This document shows, piece by piece, positions 10,879 to 20,743 of a stretch of DNA of 64,000 bases. This DNA is from Escherichia coli (GTDB lineage: Bacteria; Pseudomonadota; Gammaproteobacteria; Enterobacterales; Enterobacteriaceae), in NCBI RefSeq assembly GCF_048403405.1, contig NZ_CP183129.1. One strand, given 5' to 3'. The position numbers were made by a program, and so were the translations under genes. The notes below the pieces were generated by a model. It was not told the origin of the DNA and did no database searches. It saw only the letters and a program-made list of their open reading frames with translations. Every line of letters starts with the position of its first letter. Within the stretch, counting starts at the first letter, position 1.

Positions 10879-11631
10879 ATGACCATTAAAAATGTAATTT
10901 GCGATATCGACGGCGTGCTGATGCACGATAACGTCGCCGTACCGGGTGCAGCGGAATTTTTGCACGGGATTATGGATAAAGGCCTGCCGCTGGTGTTGCT
11001 GACCAACTATCCTTCGCAGACCGGGCAAGATCTGGCGAACCGCTTTGCCACTGCCGGTGTCGATGTACCGGATAGCGTGTTTTATACCTCCGCGATGGCA
11101 ACCGCCGATTTCCTGCGTCGCCAGGAAGGCAAGAAAGCATATGTGGTGGGCGAAGGCGCACTGATTCATGAACTGTACAAAGCCGGTTTCACTATTACCG
11201 ATGTGAACCCTGATTTTGTGATTGTTGGCGAAACGCGTTCCTACAACTGGGACATGATGCATAAAGCAGCCTATTTCGTCGCTAACGGTGCACGCTTTAT
11301 CGCCACCAACCCGGACACCCACGGGCGCGGTTTTTATCCCGCGTGTGGCGCGTTGTGTGCAGGCATCGAAAAAATCTCCGGGCGTAAACCGTTCTATGTT
11401 GGTAAACCGAGTCCGTGGATCATCCGCGCAGCATTAAACAAAATGCAGGCGCATTCGGAAGAAACAGTGATTGTCGGCGATAACCTGCGTACCGATATTC
11501 TGGCGGGCTTCCAGGCCGGTCTGGAGACGATTCTGGTACTCTCTGGCGTTTCGTCGCTCGACGATATCGACAGTATGCCATTCCGCCCCAGCTGGATTTA
11601 CCCATCGGTCGCTGAAATCGACGTTATCTGA
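10879..11631 (+). CDS. nagD: HAD-superfamily UMP phosphatase
   Basis: 250 aa; DxDG HAD motif (ICDIDGVL); synteny after nagC. Confidence 0.9.
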   Translation: MTIKNVICDIDGVLMHDNVAVPGAAEFLHGIMDKGLPLVLLTNYPSQTGQDLANRFATAGVDVPDSVFYTSAMATADFLRRQEGKKAYVVGEGALIHELYKAGFTITDVNPDFVIVGETRSYNWDMMHKAAYFVANGARFIATNPDTHGRGFYPACGALCAGIEKISGRKPFYVGKPSPWIIRAALNKMQAHSEETVIVGDNLRTDILAGFQAGLETILVLSGVSSLDDIDSMPFRPSWIYPSVAEIDVI

Positions 11632-11636
11632 ATAGC

Positions 11637-11670
11637 AACCACGCCTCAGGGCGTGGTTTCTTATTTTTAC
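11637..11670 (+). terminator. Rho-independent terminator after nagD
   Basis: Hairpin CCACGCC-tca-GGCGTGG followed by a T-rich run. Confidence 0.55.
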
Positions 11671-11887
11671 CCATCATTAAAATTCACCCATTCAATAAAA
11701 CCCGCCAAAAATTATCGATTCATCAATAAATACACCTCCACACCCTACCCTTTTTCATTAATCAGCAATCACCATTACGTTTTTTATTTACCCCCTGCCA
11801 AATCGCTTGCGTACAGTGCTGCTTTGCGGCATTTTTTTAAACAAGCAAACACAACAAGCAACAAATACCAGGTTAACGGAGAAGGTT

Positions 11888-13552
11888 ATGTGTTCAATTT
11901 TTGGCGTATTCGATATCAAAACAGACGCAGTTGAGCTGCGTAAGAAAGCACTCGAACTGTCACGCCTGATGCGTCATCGTGGCCCGGACTGGTCCGGTAT
12001 TTATGCCAGCGATAACGCCATTCTCGCCCACGAACGTCTGTCAATTGTTGACGTTAACGCGGGGGCGCAACCTCTCTACAACCAACAAAAAACTCATGTG
12101 CTGGCGGTAAACGGTGAAATCTACAACCACCAGGCACTGCGCGCCGAATATGGCGATCGTTATCAGTTCCAGACCGGATCTGACTGCGAAGTGATCCTCG
12201 CGCTGTATCAGGAAAAAGGGCCGGAATTTCTCGACGACTTGCAGGGCATGTTTGCCTTTGCCCTGTACGACAGCGAAAAAGATGCATATCTGATTGGTCG
12301 CGACCATCTGGGGATCATCCCACTGTATATGGGCTATGACGAACACGGTCAGCTGTATGTGGCCTCAGAAATGAAAGCCCTGGTGCCAGTTTGCCGCACG
12401 ATTAAAGAGTTCCCGGCGGGGAGCTATTTGTGGAGCCAGGACGGCGAAATCCGTTCTTATTATCACCGCGACTGGTTCGACTTTGATGCAGTGAAAGATA
12501 ACGTGACCGACAAAAACGAGCTGCGTCAGGCACTGGAAGATTCCGTTAAAAGCCATCTGATGTCTGACGTTCCTTACGGTGTGCTGCTATCTGGTGGCCT
12601 GGATTCCTCAATCATTTCCGCGATCACCAAGAAATACGCCGCCCGTCGCGTGGAAGATCAGGAACGCTCTGAAGCCTGGTGGCCGCAATTACACTCCTTT
12701 GCTGTAGGTCTGCCGGGTTCACCGGATCTGAAAGCAGCCCAGGAAGTGGCAAACCATCTGGGCACGGTGCATCACGAAATTCACTTCACTGTACAGGAAG
12801 GTCTGGACGCCATCCGCGACGTGATTTACCACATCGAAACCTATGATGTGACCACTATTCGCGCTTCAACACCGATGTATTTAATGTCGCGGAAGATCAA
12901 GGCGATGGGCATTAAAATGGTGCTGTCCGGTGAAGGTTCTGATGAAGTGTTTGGCGGTTATCTTTACTTCCACAAAGCACCGAATGCCAAAGAACTGCAT
13001 GAAGAGACGGTGCGTAAACTGCTGGCCCTGCATATGTATGACTGCGCGCGTGCCAACAAAGCGATGTCAGCCTGGGGCGTGGAAGCACGCGTTCCGTTCC
13101 TCGACAAAAAATTCCTCGACGTGGCGATGCGCATTAACCCACAGGATAAAATGTGCGGTAACGGCAAAATGGAAAAACACATCCTGCGTGAATGTTTTGA
13201 GTCGTACTTGCCCGCAAGTGTGGCCTGGCGGCAGAAAGAGCAGTTCTCCGATGGCGTCGGTTACAGTTGGATCGACACCCTGAAAGAAGTAGCGGCACAG
13301 CAGGTTTCTGATCAACAGCTGGAAACTGCCCGCTTCCGCTTCCCGTACAACACGCCGACGTCCAAAGAAGCGTATCTGTACCGCGAGATCTTTGAAGAAC
13401 TGTTCCCGCTTCCGAGCGCCGCTGAGTGCGTGCCGGGCGGCCCTTCCGTCGCGTGTTCTTCCGCTAAAGCGATCGAGTGGGATGAGGCGTTCAAGAAAAT
13501 GGACGATCCGTCTGGTCGTGCGGTTGGTGTTCACCAGTCGGCGTATAAGTAA
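11888..13552 (+). CDS. asnB: Asparagine synthetase B (glutamine-hydrolysing)
   Basis: 554 aa from the ATG preceded by a GGAGAAGG RBS; N-terminal MCSIFGV (Cys2 nucleophile) typical of AsnB. The ORF-track N-terminal extension is rejected. Confidence 0.93.
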   Translation: MCSIFGVFDIKTDAVELRKKALELSRLMRHRGPDWSGIYASDNAILAHERLSIVDVNAGAQPLYNQQKTHVLAVNGEIYNHQALRAEYGDRYQFQTGSDCEVILALYQEKGPEFLDDLQGMFAFALYDSEKDAYLIGRDHLGIIPLYMGYDEHGQLYVASEMKALVPVCRTIKEFPAGSYLWSQDGEIRSYYHRDWFDFDAVKDNVTDKNELRQALEDSVKSHLMSDVPYGVLLSGGLDSSIISAITKKYAARRVEDQERSEAWWPQLHSFAVGLPGSPDLKAAQEVANHLGTVHHEIHFTVQEGLDAIRDVIYHIETYDVTTIRASTPMYLMSRKIKAMGIKMVLSGEGSDEVFGGYLYFHKAPNAKELHEETVRKLLALHMYDCARANKAMSAWGVEARVPFLDKKFLDVAMRINPQDKMCGNGKMEKHILRECFESYLPASVAWRQKEQFSDGVGYSWIDTLKEVAAQQVSDQQLETARFRFPYNTPTSKEAYLYREIFEELFPLPSAAECVPGGPSVACSSAKAIEWDEAFKKMDDPSGRAVGVHQSAYK

Positions 13553-13565
13553 GAAATGCGGTACT

Positions 13566-13591
13566 GCCCCGGAGAAATCCGGGGCTGTTTT
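13566..13591 (+). terminator. Rho-independent terminator after asnB
   Basis: GCCCCGGA-gaaa-TCCGGGGC hairpin followed by TGTTTT. Confidence 0.6.
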
Positions 13592-13863
13592 AGTTATTGA
13601 GCTGCTTGTTGATTCTGATATGCAGTAAGGAAATGTTCCGGGTTTGCCACATCACTGTTTGACAACTCATCACTGTAGGCCAGTACTTCATAGATTAATT
13701 TCCCACCACTATTGTTGAATTCCGAATTTCATCCTGTATGACAAAAGAATGGCTGTAGGGTGGGGAAAAAACACAAAGTAAACAATAATTGACGAATATA
13801 GCGCCACGCTGTTCGCAACCTAACCAAACAGTCACTTTCGAGCAATTTTCCTTGAAAAAGAGG

Positions 13864-13892
13864 TTGACGCTGCAAGGCTCTATACGCATAAT
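13864..13892 (+). promoter_or_regulatory. Sigma70 promoter of the tRNA operon
   Basis: TTGACG -35, 17-bp spacer, CATAAT -10, then a GC-rich discriminator (GCGCCCCGC) typical of stringently controlled stable-RNA promoters. Confidence 0.6.
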
Positions 13893-13931
13893 GCGCCCCG
13901 CAACGCCGATAAGGTATCGCGAAAAAAAGAT

Positions 13932-14008
13932 GGCTACGTAGCTCAGTTGGTTAGAGCACATCACTCATAATGATGGGGTCACAGGTTCGAATCCCGTCGT
14001 AGCCACCA
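13932..14008 (+). tRNA. metT: tRNA-Met (CAU), elongator
   Basis: 77-nt cloverleaf ending CCA; anticodon loop CTCATAA. Confidence 0.9.
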
Positions 14009-14016
14009 TCTTTTTT

Positions 14017-14101
14017 GCGGGAGTGGCGAAATTGGTAGACGCACCAGATTTAGGTTCTGGCGCCGCAAGGTGTGCGAGTTCAAGTCTCGCCTCCCGCACC
14101 A
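14017..14101 (+). tRNA. leuW: tRNA-Leu (UAG)
   Basis: 85-nt class II tRNA with long variable arm; anticodon TAG; ends CCA. Confidence 0.9.
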
Positions 14102-14124
14102 TTCACCAGAAAGCGTTGTACGGA

Positions 14125-14199
14125 TGGGGTATCGCCAAGCGGTAAGGCACCGGTTTTTGATACCGGCATTCCCTGGTTCGAATCCAGGTACCCCAGCCA
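14125..14199 (+). tRNA. glnU: tRNA-Gln (UUG)
   Basis: 75 nt; TGGGGTATCGCCAAGCGG..., anticodon loop TTTTGAT; ends CCA. Confidence 0.9.
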
Positions 14200-14233
14200 T
14201 CTTCTTCGAGTAAGCGGTTCACCGCCCGGTTAT

Positions 14234-14308
14234 TGGGGTATCGCCAAGCGGTAAGGCACCGGTTTTTGATACCGGCATTCCCTGGTTCGAATCCAGGTAC
14301 CCCAGCCA
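14234..14308 (+). tRNA. glnW: tRNA-Gln (UUG)
   Basis: Identical copy of the preceding tRNA-Gln (UUG). Confidence 0.9.
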
Positions 14309-14323
14309 TCGAAGAAACAATCT

Positions 14324-14400
14324 GGCTACGTAGCTCAGTTGGTTAGAGCACATCACTCATAATGATGGGGTCACAGGTTCGAATCCCGTCGTAGCCACCA
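14324..14400 (+). tRNA. metU: tRNA-Met (CAU), elongator
   Basis: Identical copy of the first tRNA-Met. Confidence 0.9.
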
Positions 14401-14448
14401 AATTCTGAATGTGTCGAATATGTTCGGCAAATTCAAAAACCAATTTGT

Positions 14449-14523
14449 TGGGGTATCGCCAAGCGGTAAGGCACCGGATTCTGATTCCGGCATTCCGAGG
14501 TTCGAATCCTCGTACCCCAGCCA
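14449..14523 (+). tRNA. glnV: tRNA-Gln (CUG)
   Basis: 75 nt; anticodon loop TTCTGAT; ends CCA. Confidence 0.9.
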
Positions 14524-14560
14524 ATTTATTCAAGACGCTTACCTTGTAAGTGCACCCAGT

Positions 14561-14635
14561 TGGGGTATCGCCAAGCGGTAAGGCACCGGATTCTGATTCC
14601 GGCATTCCGAGGTTCGAATCCTCGTACCCCAGCCA
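14561..14635 (+). tRNA. glnX: tRNA-Gln (CUG)
   Basis: Identical copy of the preceding tRNA-Gln (CUG). Confidence 0.9.
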
Positions 14636-14640
14636 CATTA

Positions 14641-14672
14641 AAAAAGCTCGCTTCGGCGAGCTTTTTGCTTTT
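14641..14672 (+). terminator. Rho-independent terminator of the tRNA operon
   Basis: A-tract, GCTCGC-ttcg-GCGAGC hairpin, T-tract. Confidence 0.7.
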
Positions 14673-14757
14673 ATGAAATCCGAAAAAATCACCCATACAT
14701 AGTGGTCGTTAATGACCAGTGATACATTGCCTGCCTTCATAACAAAAGGATCTTGCA

Positions 14758-15342
14758 ATGAATTATCAGCTATTCTCACCATTCTTTACCAAAGTCATCA
14801 TGCTGCTTATCGCATTGCTTTGCATTGTTCTTGCCTCATTTGGTATTTCTGCCCCATTTTGTTACATCGTTTTTATCGGCATCATTTTCCCCGTTGCTAT
14901 ATCAATGCGCATACACCGTCTCAATGAAACAGGAACAGCACTCACACTAACCGAAAGCTCACACTGGATCGTTTACATCCATGGTTTTCCAGCTGAGGAA
15001 CAACGTGAAGTTTTGAAAAACCCCTGTTTCTGGTCAACAGAAAGAGTGAAACAGTTTTTCCTTCGCGGTCTTGCTGGCAAGGTTATTCTTCAACTCGCCT
15101 GCCTTGCACTTCTGGTCAATGAATATTTCCGCTCAACACCAGGTTCCGGGCAAGACTTACTCGCAGCAGGCGTGCTGTTTTTTATTTTGTTTTCGATAAG
15201 CAAAAATTTCTGGACGATGTATCTTCTCGCCACAGATAAATGGCAGTGCGAATCCCTGACCACCACCAGCGGTAGCCTTTGGTATCAGGGATTTCTGTGT
15301 AAAGGAAACAGAAGAGTTACGCTGTTTTCGCGGCTGGTGTAA
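14758..15342 (+). CDS. Hypothetical small polytopic membrane protein (194 aa), AT-rich, no recognisable family
   Basis: ORF with AAGGA RBS 8 nt upstream; about four predicted hydrophobic helices. G+C roughly 40 percent by eye against about 50 percent for neighbours. Stop lies 6 nt from the convergent ubiF stop. Confidence 0.45.
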   Translation: MNYQLFSPFFTKVIMLLIALLCIVLASFGISAPFCYIVFIGIIFPVAISMRIHRLNETGTALTLTESSHWIVYIHGFPAEEQREVLKNPCFWSTERVKQFFLRGLAGKVILQLACLALLVNEYFRSTPGSGQDLLAAGVLFFILFSISKNFWTMYLLATDKWQCESLTTTSGSLWYQGFLCKGNRRVTLFSRLV

Positions 15343-15348
15343 CAGCTA

Positions 15349-16524
15349 CTACAACCCTAACGCATATTTCAGCGCCTGACGTTTCAACATGCCAGCACGC
15401 TCCGCCGCCATCAAACCAAGATTACGCACAAAACGCAGTGGTGGCAGATTATTGCTGAATCCGGCATAGAACAGATCCATACCGCTCTGCATAATGAAGT
15501 TATCCGCCATGCGCCGCATCTGGTAACGCTTGAGGATCGGATAACTGGCCCACGCTTCGCCATAGCTGCGAGCGTTGACCAGAACGTCAATCAGGGCATC
15601 GACATCACGATAACCAAGATTCACCCCCTGCCCCGCCAGCGGATGGATGGTATGCGCGGCATCGCCCACCAGCGCAAGCCCCGGCTGCACATACTGCAAC
15701 GCATGGCGGCGCGTCAGCGGAAAAGCGCCAGCGGCAAGCGGTGTTACATACCCAAGACGCGACGGGAAATGCTTCGCGATTTCCGCCTGTAACTGCGCCA
15801 TATTCATATTCTGCAACTGGCGAATGCGTGCCGGAGAGTCATACCACACCAGCGATGCCCAGTTATCAAACAACGGCAGAAACGCACGAGGTCCATCCGG
15901 GGTAAATTGCTGCCAGGTGCTGTCGCCGGGATCGTTCTCACACTGTACGCTAATTAACATACACGACTGTGCATACTGCCAGGCATGAACGCCAATTCCC
16001 GCCATCTGCCGCACCTGGGAATTTGCGCCGTCGGCACCAATCACCAGCTTCGCGCGGATCGTTTCACCGCCCTTCAGTTCCAGCTCCTGAAGATCATTAT
16101 GGCGATGCAGCGCAATCAGCGAGCCTGGCACACGTAACGTTACTTTCGGATGCGCTTCCAGCGCCTGCCACAGCGCCTGTTGCAGAACAGTGTTTTCCAC
16201 CATGTAGCCAAGCACAGGCAGCTTTAATTCGGCTGCATCAAACACCACATGCGCCGTTTCCCACTCCCAAGTTTCCAGTCTGCGGTAAGGATGGCAACGC
16301 ATAGCCTGTACCGCGTCCCAGACGCCTAAACCTTTAAGCAATGATACCGAAGCCGCACTGATCGCCGAGATCCGCACGTCCGGCTGGCTATCAACAACAA
16401 ACGTCGCAGATTGGGCATGTTCGATAACCGTTACCGAAAATCCGTGCTGAGCCAGTCCCAGCGCCAGTGCGCCGCCGACCATTCCTCCGCCGACAATGGC
16501 AATTTCCGTTGGTTGATTTGTCAT
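15349..16524 (-). CDS. ubiF: FAD-dependent ubiquinone biosynthesis hydroxylase
   Basis: 391 aa from MTNQPTEIAIVGGGMVGG (Rossmann GxGxxG); recognised as UbiF. Confidence 0.9.
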   Translation of the reverse strand: MTNQPTEIAIVGGGMVGGALALGLAQHGFSVTVIEHAQSATFVVDSQPDVRISAISAASVSLLKGLGVWDAVQAMRCHPYRRLETWEWETAHVVFDAAELKLPVLGYMVENTVLQQALWQALEAHPKVTLRVPGSLIALHRHNDLQELELKGGETIRAKLVIGADGANSQVRQMAGIGVHAWQYAQSCMLISVQCENDPGDSTWQQFTPDGPRAFLPLFDNWASLVWYDSPARIRQLQNMNMAQLQAEIAKHFPSRLGYVTPLAAGAFPLTRRHALQYVQPGLALVGDAAHTIHPLAGQGVNLGYRDVDALIDVLVNARSYGEAWASYPILKRYQMRRMADNFIMQSGMDLFYAGFSNNLPPLRFVRNLGLMAAERAGMLKRQALKYALGL

Positions 16525-16669
16525 GGTCAATCATCCTGTTAGCAATATGCTTTAAGTTTACAGGATTTTTACCCCTAAGGGCTGATAACGCTCATACTGG
16601 TCACAACGGCAGCAAAGCATTACACTATGCGCCCTGCATTCCTGGCTACTATTTCGCAAGAGCAAGTCG

Positions 16670-18094
16670 ATGACCAAAAAACTCCATATTAAAACCTGGG
16701 GCTGTCAGATGAACGAGTACGATTCATCGAAGATGGCCGATCTGCTGGATGCCACCCACGGCTATCAACTGACCGACGTGGCGGAAGAAGCGGATGTGCT
16801 GCTGCTGAACACCTGCTCAATCCGCGAGAAGGCTCAGGAAAAAGTCTTCCATCAGTTGGGTCGCTGGAAACTGTTAAAAGAGAAGAATCCAGACCTGATT
16901 ATCGGCGTCGGCGGCTGCGTGGCATCGCAAGAAGGTGAGCACATTCGCCAGCGCGCCCACTATGTCGATATTATTTTTGGGCCGCAAACGCTGCACCGTC
17001 TGCCGGAGATGATCAACTCCGTGCGCGGCGACCGCAGCCCGGTTGTAGATATCAGCTTCCCGGAAATCGAGAAGTTTGACCGTCTGCCGGAACCGCGTGC
17101 CGAAGGGCCGACCGCGTTTGTCTCCATCATGGAAGGCTGCAATAAATATTGCACCTACTGCGTAGTGCCTTACACCCGTGGTGAAGAGGTAAGCCGTCCG
17201 TCCGACGATATTCTGTTTGAGATCGCCCAGCTTGCGGCTCAGGGCGTGCGTGAAGTCAACCTGCTCGGTCAGAACGTGAACGCCTGGCGTGGTGAAAACT
17301 ACGACGGCACCACCGGATCGTTTGCCGATCTGCTGCGTCTGGTTGCGGCGATCGACGGGATCGATCGTATTCGCTTTACCACCAGCCATCCGATCGAATT
17401 CACCGACGATATCATCGAAGTGTACCGCGACACGCCGGAGCTGGTGAGCTTCCTGCATCTGCCGGTACAGAGCGGTTCCGATCGCATTCTGAACCTGATG
17501 GGACGTACCCATACAGCGCTGGAGTACAAAGCGATCATCCGTAAGCTGCGTGCGGCGCGTCCGGATATTCAGATCAGTTCTGACTTCATCGTTGGCTTCC
17601 CTGGCGAAACCACCGAAGACTTCGAGAAAACGATGAAGCTGATTGCCGACGTCAATTTCGACATGAGCTACAGCTTTATCTTCTCCGCTCGTCCAGGTAC
17701 ACCAGCCGCCGATATGGTTGATGATGTTCCGGAAGAAGAGAAGAAGCAGCGTCTGTATATTCTGCAAGAGCGCATTAACCAGCAAGCGATGGCATGGAGC
17801 CGCCGGATGCTCGGCACCACCCAGCGTATTCTGGTAGAAGGTACATCGCGTAAGAGCATCATGGAGCTTTCCGGGCGTACCGAAAATAACCGCGTGGTCA
17901 ACTTCGAGGGCACACCGGATATGATCGGTAAATTCGTCGATGTAGAAATTACCGACGTCTACCCGAACTCTCTGCGCGGTAAAGTGGTGCGTACTGAAGA
18001 TGAAATGGGTCTGCGCGTGGCAGAAACACCAGAATCGGTGATTGCCCGTACCCGCAAAGAAAACGACCTTGGCGTGGGTTATTATCAGCCGTAA
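16670..18094 (+). CDS. miaB: tRNA-i6A37 methylthiotransferase (radical SAM)
   Basis: 474 aa; radical-SAM CxxxCxxC (CNKYCTYC) and N-terminal MTTase cysteine triad. Confidence 0.93.
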
Positions 18095-18100
18095 TTCTCA

Positions 18101-18130
18101 GGCCCGCCGTTCCGGTGGGCCTTGTTTTTT
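18101..18130 (+). terminator. Rho-independent terminator after miaB
   Basis: GGCCCGCCG-ttcc-GGTGGGCC hairpin followed by TTGTTTTTTCTC. Confidence 0.55.
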
Positions 18131-18246
18131 CTCTCTTTATCCCCATCTTTATTGCAATGCTTGCGCCTTTTTCCTGTGGCGTGAATAATTTCCTTATAGG
18201 CCGGTGAATGTTCAGCTTCCGGCGGCATACAGATAAGAGGAACGGT

Positions 18247-19287
18247 TTGAACATAGACACTCGCGAAATCACCCTGGAGCCAGCAGACAATGCGCGTCTG
18301 TTGAGCCTGTGCGGCCCGTTTGATGACAACATCAAACAACTCGAACGCCGTCTCGGCATCGAGATCAATCGCCGCGATAACCACTTTAAACTGACCGGCC
18401 GTCCGATTTGCGTCACCGCTGCGGCAGACATTCTGCGTAGCCTGTATGTCGATACCGCCCCGATGCGCGGTCAGATTCAGGATATCGAACCGGAACAGAT
18501 CCACCTTGCGATTAAAGAAGCGCGAGTACTGGAGCAAAGCGCGGAGAGCGTGCCGGAGTACGGCAAAGCGGTCAATATCAAAACCAAACGCGGCGTAATT
18601 AAGCCGCGCACACCAAACCAGGCGCAGTACATCGCCAATATTCTCGACCATGACATCACCTTCGGCGTTGGCCCGGCGGGTACGGGTAAAACCTACCTGG
18701 CAGTGGCTGCGGCAGTTGATGCCCTGGAGCGTCAGGAAATTCGCCGTATTCTGCTGACTCGTCCGGCGGTAGAAGCCGGTGAGAAACTGGGCTTCCTGCC
18801 TGGCGATTTAAGCCAGAAAGTAGATCCGTATCTGCGCCCGCTGTACGACGCGCTGTTTGAAATGCTGGGCTTTGAGAAAGTCGAGAAACTGATTGAGCGC
18901 AACGTTATTGAAGTCGCGCCGCTGGCCTATATGCGTGGTCGTACGCTGAATGACGCCTTTATCATTCTCGATGAGAGCCAGAACACCACCATCGAACAGA
19001 TGAAGATGTTCCTGACCCGTATCGGTTTTAACTCAAAAGCGGTTATCACCGGCGACGTCACACAGATCGACCTGCCGCGTAATACTAAATCAGGCTTACG
19101 TCACGCCATCGAAGTGCTGGCCGATGTTGAAGAGATCAGCTTTAACTTCTTCCACAGCGAAGACGTGGTTCGTCACCCGGTGGTGGCGCGTATCGTTAAC
19201 GCTTATGAAGCCTGGGAAGAAGCAGAACAAAAACGTAAAGCGGCGCTGGCAGCAGAACGCAAGCGCGAAGAACAGGAACAAAAATGA
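18247..19287 (+). CDS. ybeZ: PhoH-like ATPase
   Basis: Walker A GPAGTGKT. Start placed at an in-frame TTG to give the 346-aa length I recall for YbeZ; the ORF-track start at 18208 is an alternative. Confidence 0.8.
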   Translation: MNIDTREITLEPADNARLLSLCGPFDDNIKQLERRLGIEINRRDNHFKLTGRPICVTAAADILRSLYVDTAPMRGQIQDIEPEQIHLAIKEARVLEQSAESVPEYGKAVNIKTKRGVIKPRTPNQAQYIANILDHDITFGVGPAGTGKTYLAVAAAVDALERQEIRRILLTRPAVEAGEKLGFLPGDLSQKVDPYLRPLYDALFEMLGFEKVEKLIERNVIEVAPLAYMRGRTLNDAFIILDESQNTTIEQMKMFLTRIGFNSKAVITGDVTQIDLPRNTKSGLRHAIEVLADVEEISFNFFHSEDVVRHPVVARIVNAYEAWEEAEQKRKAALAAERKREEQEQK

Positions 19288-19751
19288 GTCAGGTGATCCT
19301 CGATTTACAACTGGCATGTGAAGATAATTCCGGGTTACCGGAAGAGAGCCAGTTTCAAACATGGCTGAATGCGGTGATCCCGCAGTTTCAGGAAGAGTCG
19401 GAAGTGACTATTCGCGTGGTCGATACCGCCGAAAGCCACAGTCTGAATCTGACCTATCGCGGTAAGGATAAGCCGACCAACGTGCTCTCCTTCCCGTTTG
19501 AAGTGCCGCCTGGCATGGAAATGTCGCTACTGGGCGATCTGGTTATCTGCCGTCAGGTGGTTGAGAAGGAAGCTCAGGAGCAAGGCAAACCACTGGAGGC
19601 GCACTGGGCGCATATGGTGGTGCACGGCAGTCTGCATTTGTTAGGTTACGATCACATCGAAGATGACGAAGCAGAAGAAATGGAAGCCATCGAAACAGAG
19701 ATTATGCTTGCTCTGGGCTATGAGGATCCGTACATTGCCGAGAAAGAATAA
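19284..19751 (+). CDS. ybeY: Endoribonuclease YbeY (16S rRNA maturation)
   Basis: 155 aa; HGxLHLxGYDH metal-binding motif; ATGA overlap with ybeZ. Confidence 0.93.
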   Translation: MSQVILDLQLACEDNSGLPEESQFQTWLNAVIPQFQEESEVTIRVVDTAESHSLNLTYRGKDKPTNVLSFPFEVPPGMEMSLLGDLVICRQVVEKEAQEQGKPLEAHWAHMVVHGSLHLLGYDHIEDDEAEEMEAIETEIMLALGYEDPYIAEKE

Positions 19752-19840
19752 TTTGCCAGGCATTTGACTGGCAGACGTCCCCGCCGTTGGTGATTAACGA
19801 CGGCGTTTTGATTAACTAACATGAGAACCCATACGACGCC

Positions 19841-20719
19841 ATGAGCGACGACAATTCACACAGTAGTGACACGATAAGCAACAAGAAGGGATTTTTCTCC
19901 CTGTTACTCAGCCAACTTTTCCACGGTGAACCGAAAAACCGTGACGAACTGCTGGCGCTGATCCGTGATTCCGGGCAGAACGACCTTATCGACGAAGATA
20001 CGCGCGATATGCTCGAAGGGGTGATGGACATCGCAGACCAACGCGTCCGCGACATCATGATCCCCCGCTCCCAGATGATTACCCTGAAACGCAACCAGAC
20101 GCTGGACGAATGCCTTGATGTCATCATCGAGTCCGCCCACTCACGTTTCCCGGTGATTAGCGAAGACAAAGATCACATTGAAGGGATTCTGATGGCGAAA
20201 GACTTGCTGCCGTTTATGCGCAGCGATGCTGAAGCCTTCAGCATGGACAAAGTGTTACGTCAGGCGGTTGTCGTTCCTGAAAGTAAGCGCGTAGACCGGA
20301 TGCTGAAAGAGTTTCGCTCTCAGCGTTACCACATGGCGATCGTCATTGACGAATTCGGTGGGGTTTCCGGTCTGGTGACCATTGAAGACATCCTGGAACT
20401 GATTGTTGGTGAGATTGAAGACGAGTATGACGAAGAAGATGATATCGACTTCCGTCAGCTGAGTCGTCATACCTGGACCGTGCGCGCACTGGCTTCCATC
20501 GAAGATTTCAACGAAGCGTTCGGCACCCACTTTAGCGATGAAGAGGTTGACACTATCGGTGGTCTGGTGATGCAGGCATTTGGGCATCTTCCGGCGCGTG
20601 GCGAAACCATCGACATCGACGGTTACCAGTTCAAAGTGGCGATGGCCGACAGTCGGCGTATTATTCAGGTTCATGTCAAAATCCCGGATGACTCACCCCA
20701 GCCGAAGCTGGATGAATAA
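19841..20719 (+). CDS. corC: CBS-domain Mg/Co efflux-associated protein CorC
   Basis: 292 aa; recognised as YbeX/CorC. Confidence 0.9.
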   Translation: MSDDNSHSSDTISNKKGFFSLLLSQLFHGEPKNRDELLALIRDSGQNDLIDEDTRDMLEGVMDIADQRVRDIMIPRSQMITLKRNQTLDECLDVIIESAHSRFPVISEDKDHIEGILMAKDLLPFMRSDAEAFSMDKVLRQAVVVPESKRVDRMLKEFRSQRYHMAIVIDEFGGVSGLVTIEDILELIVGEIEDEYDEEDDIDFRQLSRHTWTVRALASIEDFNEAFGTHFSDEEVDTIGGLVMQAFGHLPARGETIDIDGYQFKVAMADSRRIIQVHVKIPDDSPQPKLDE

Positions 20720-20743
20720 AACCGAAACTGGATAGATAACTAC

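Noticed and set aside
11653-11934. 93-aa ORF in the asnB upstream region
   Set aside because: Lies in the promoter/leader of asnB, overlaps the asnB start in another frame, AT-rich with no RBS; most likely non-coding.
13932-14635. Repeated about 75-nt units with spacers, superficially array-like
   Set aside because: These are duplicated tRNA genes (two tRNA-Met, two pairs of tRNA-Gln) with cloverleaf structure and CCA ends, not CRISPR repeats. No cas genes are present in the window.
16874-17785. 303-aa minus-strand ORF inside miaB
   Set aside because: Antisense to miaB; no RBS or recognisable domain.
18208-18246. ORF-track N-terminal extension of ybeZ (MFSFRRHTDKRNG)
   Set aside because: The recalled YbeZ length of 346 aa fits the in-frame TTG at 18247, so the extension is probably not translated. 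Uncertain either way.
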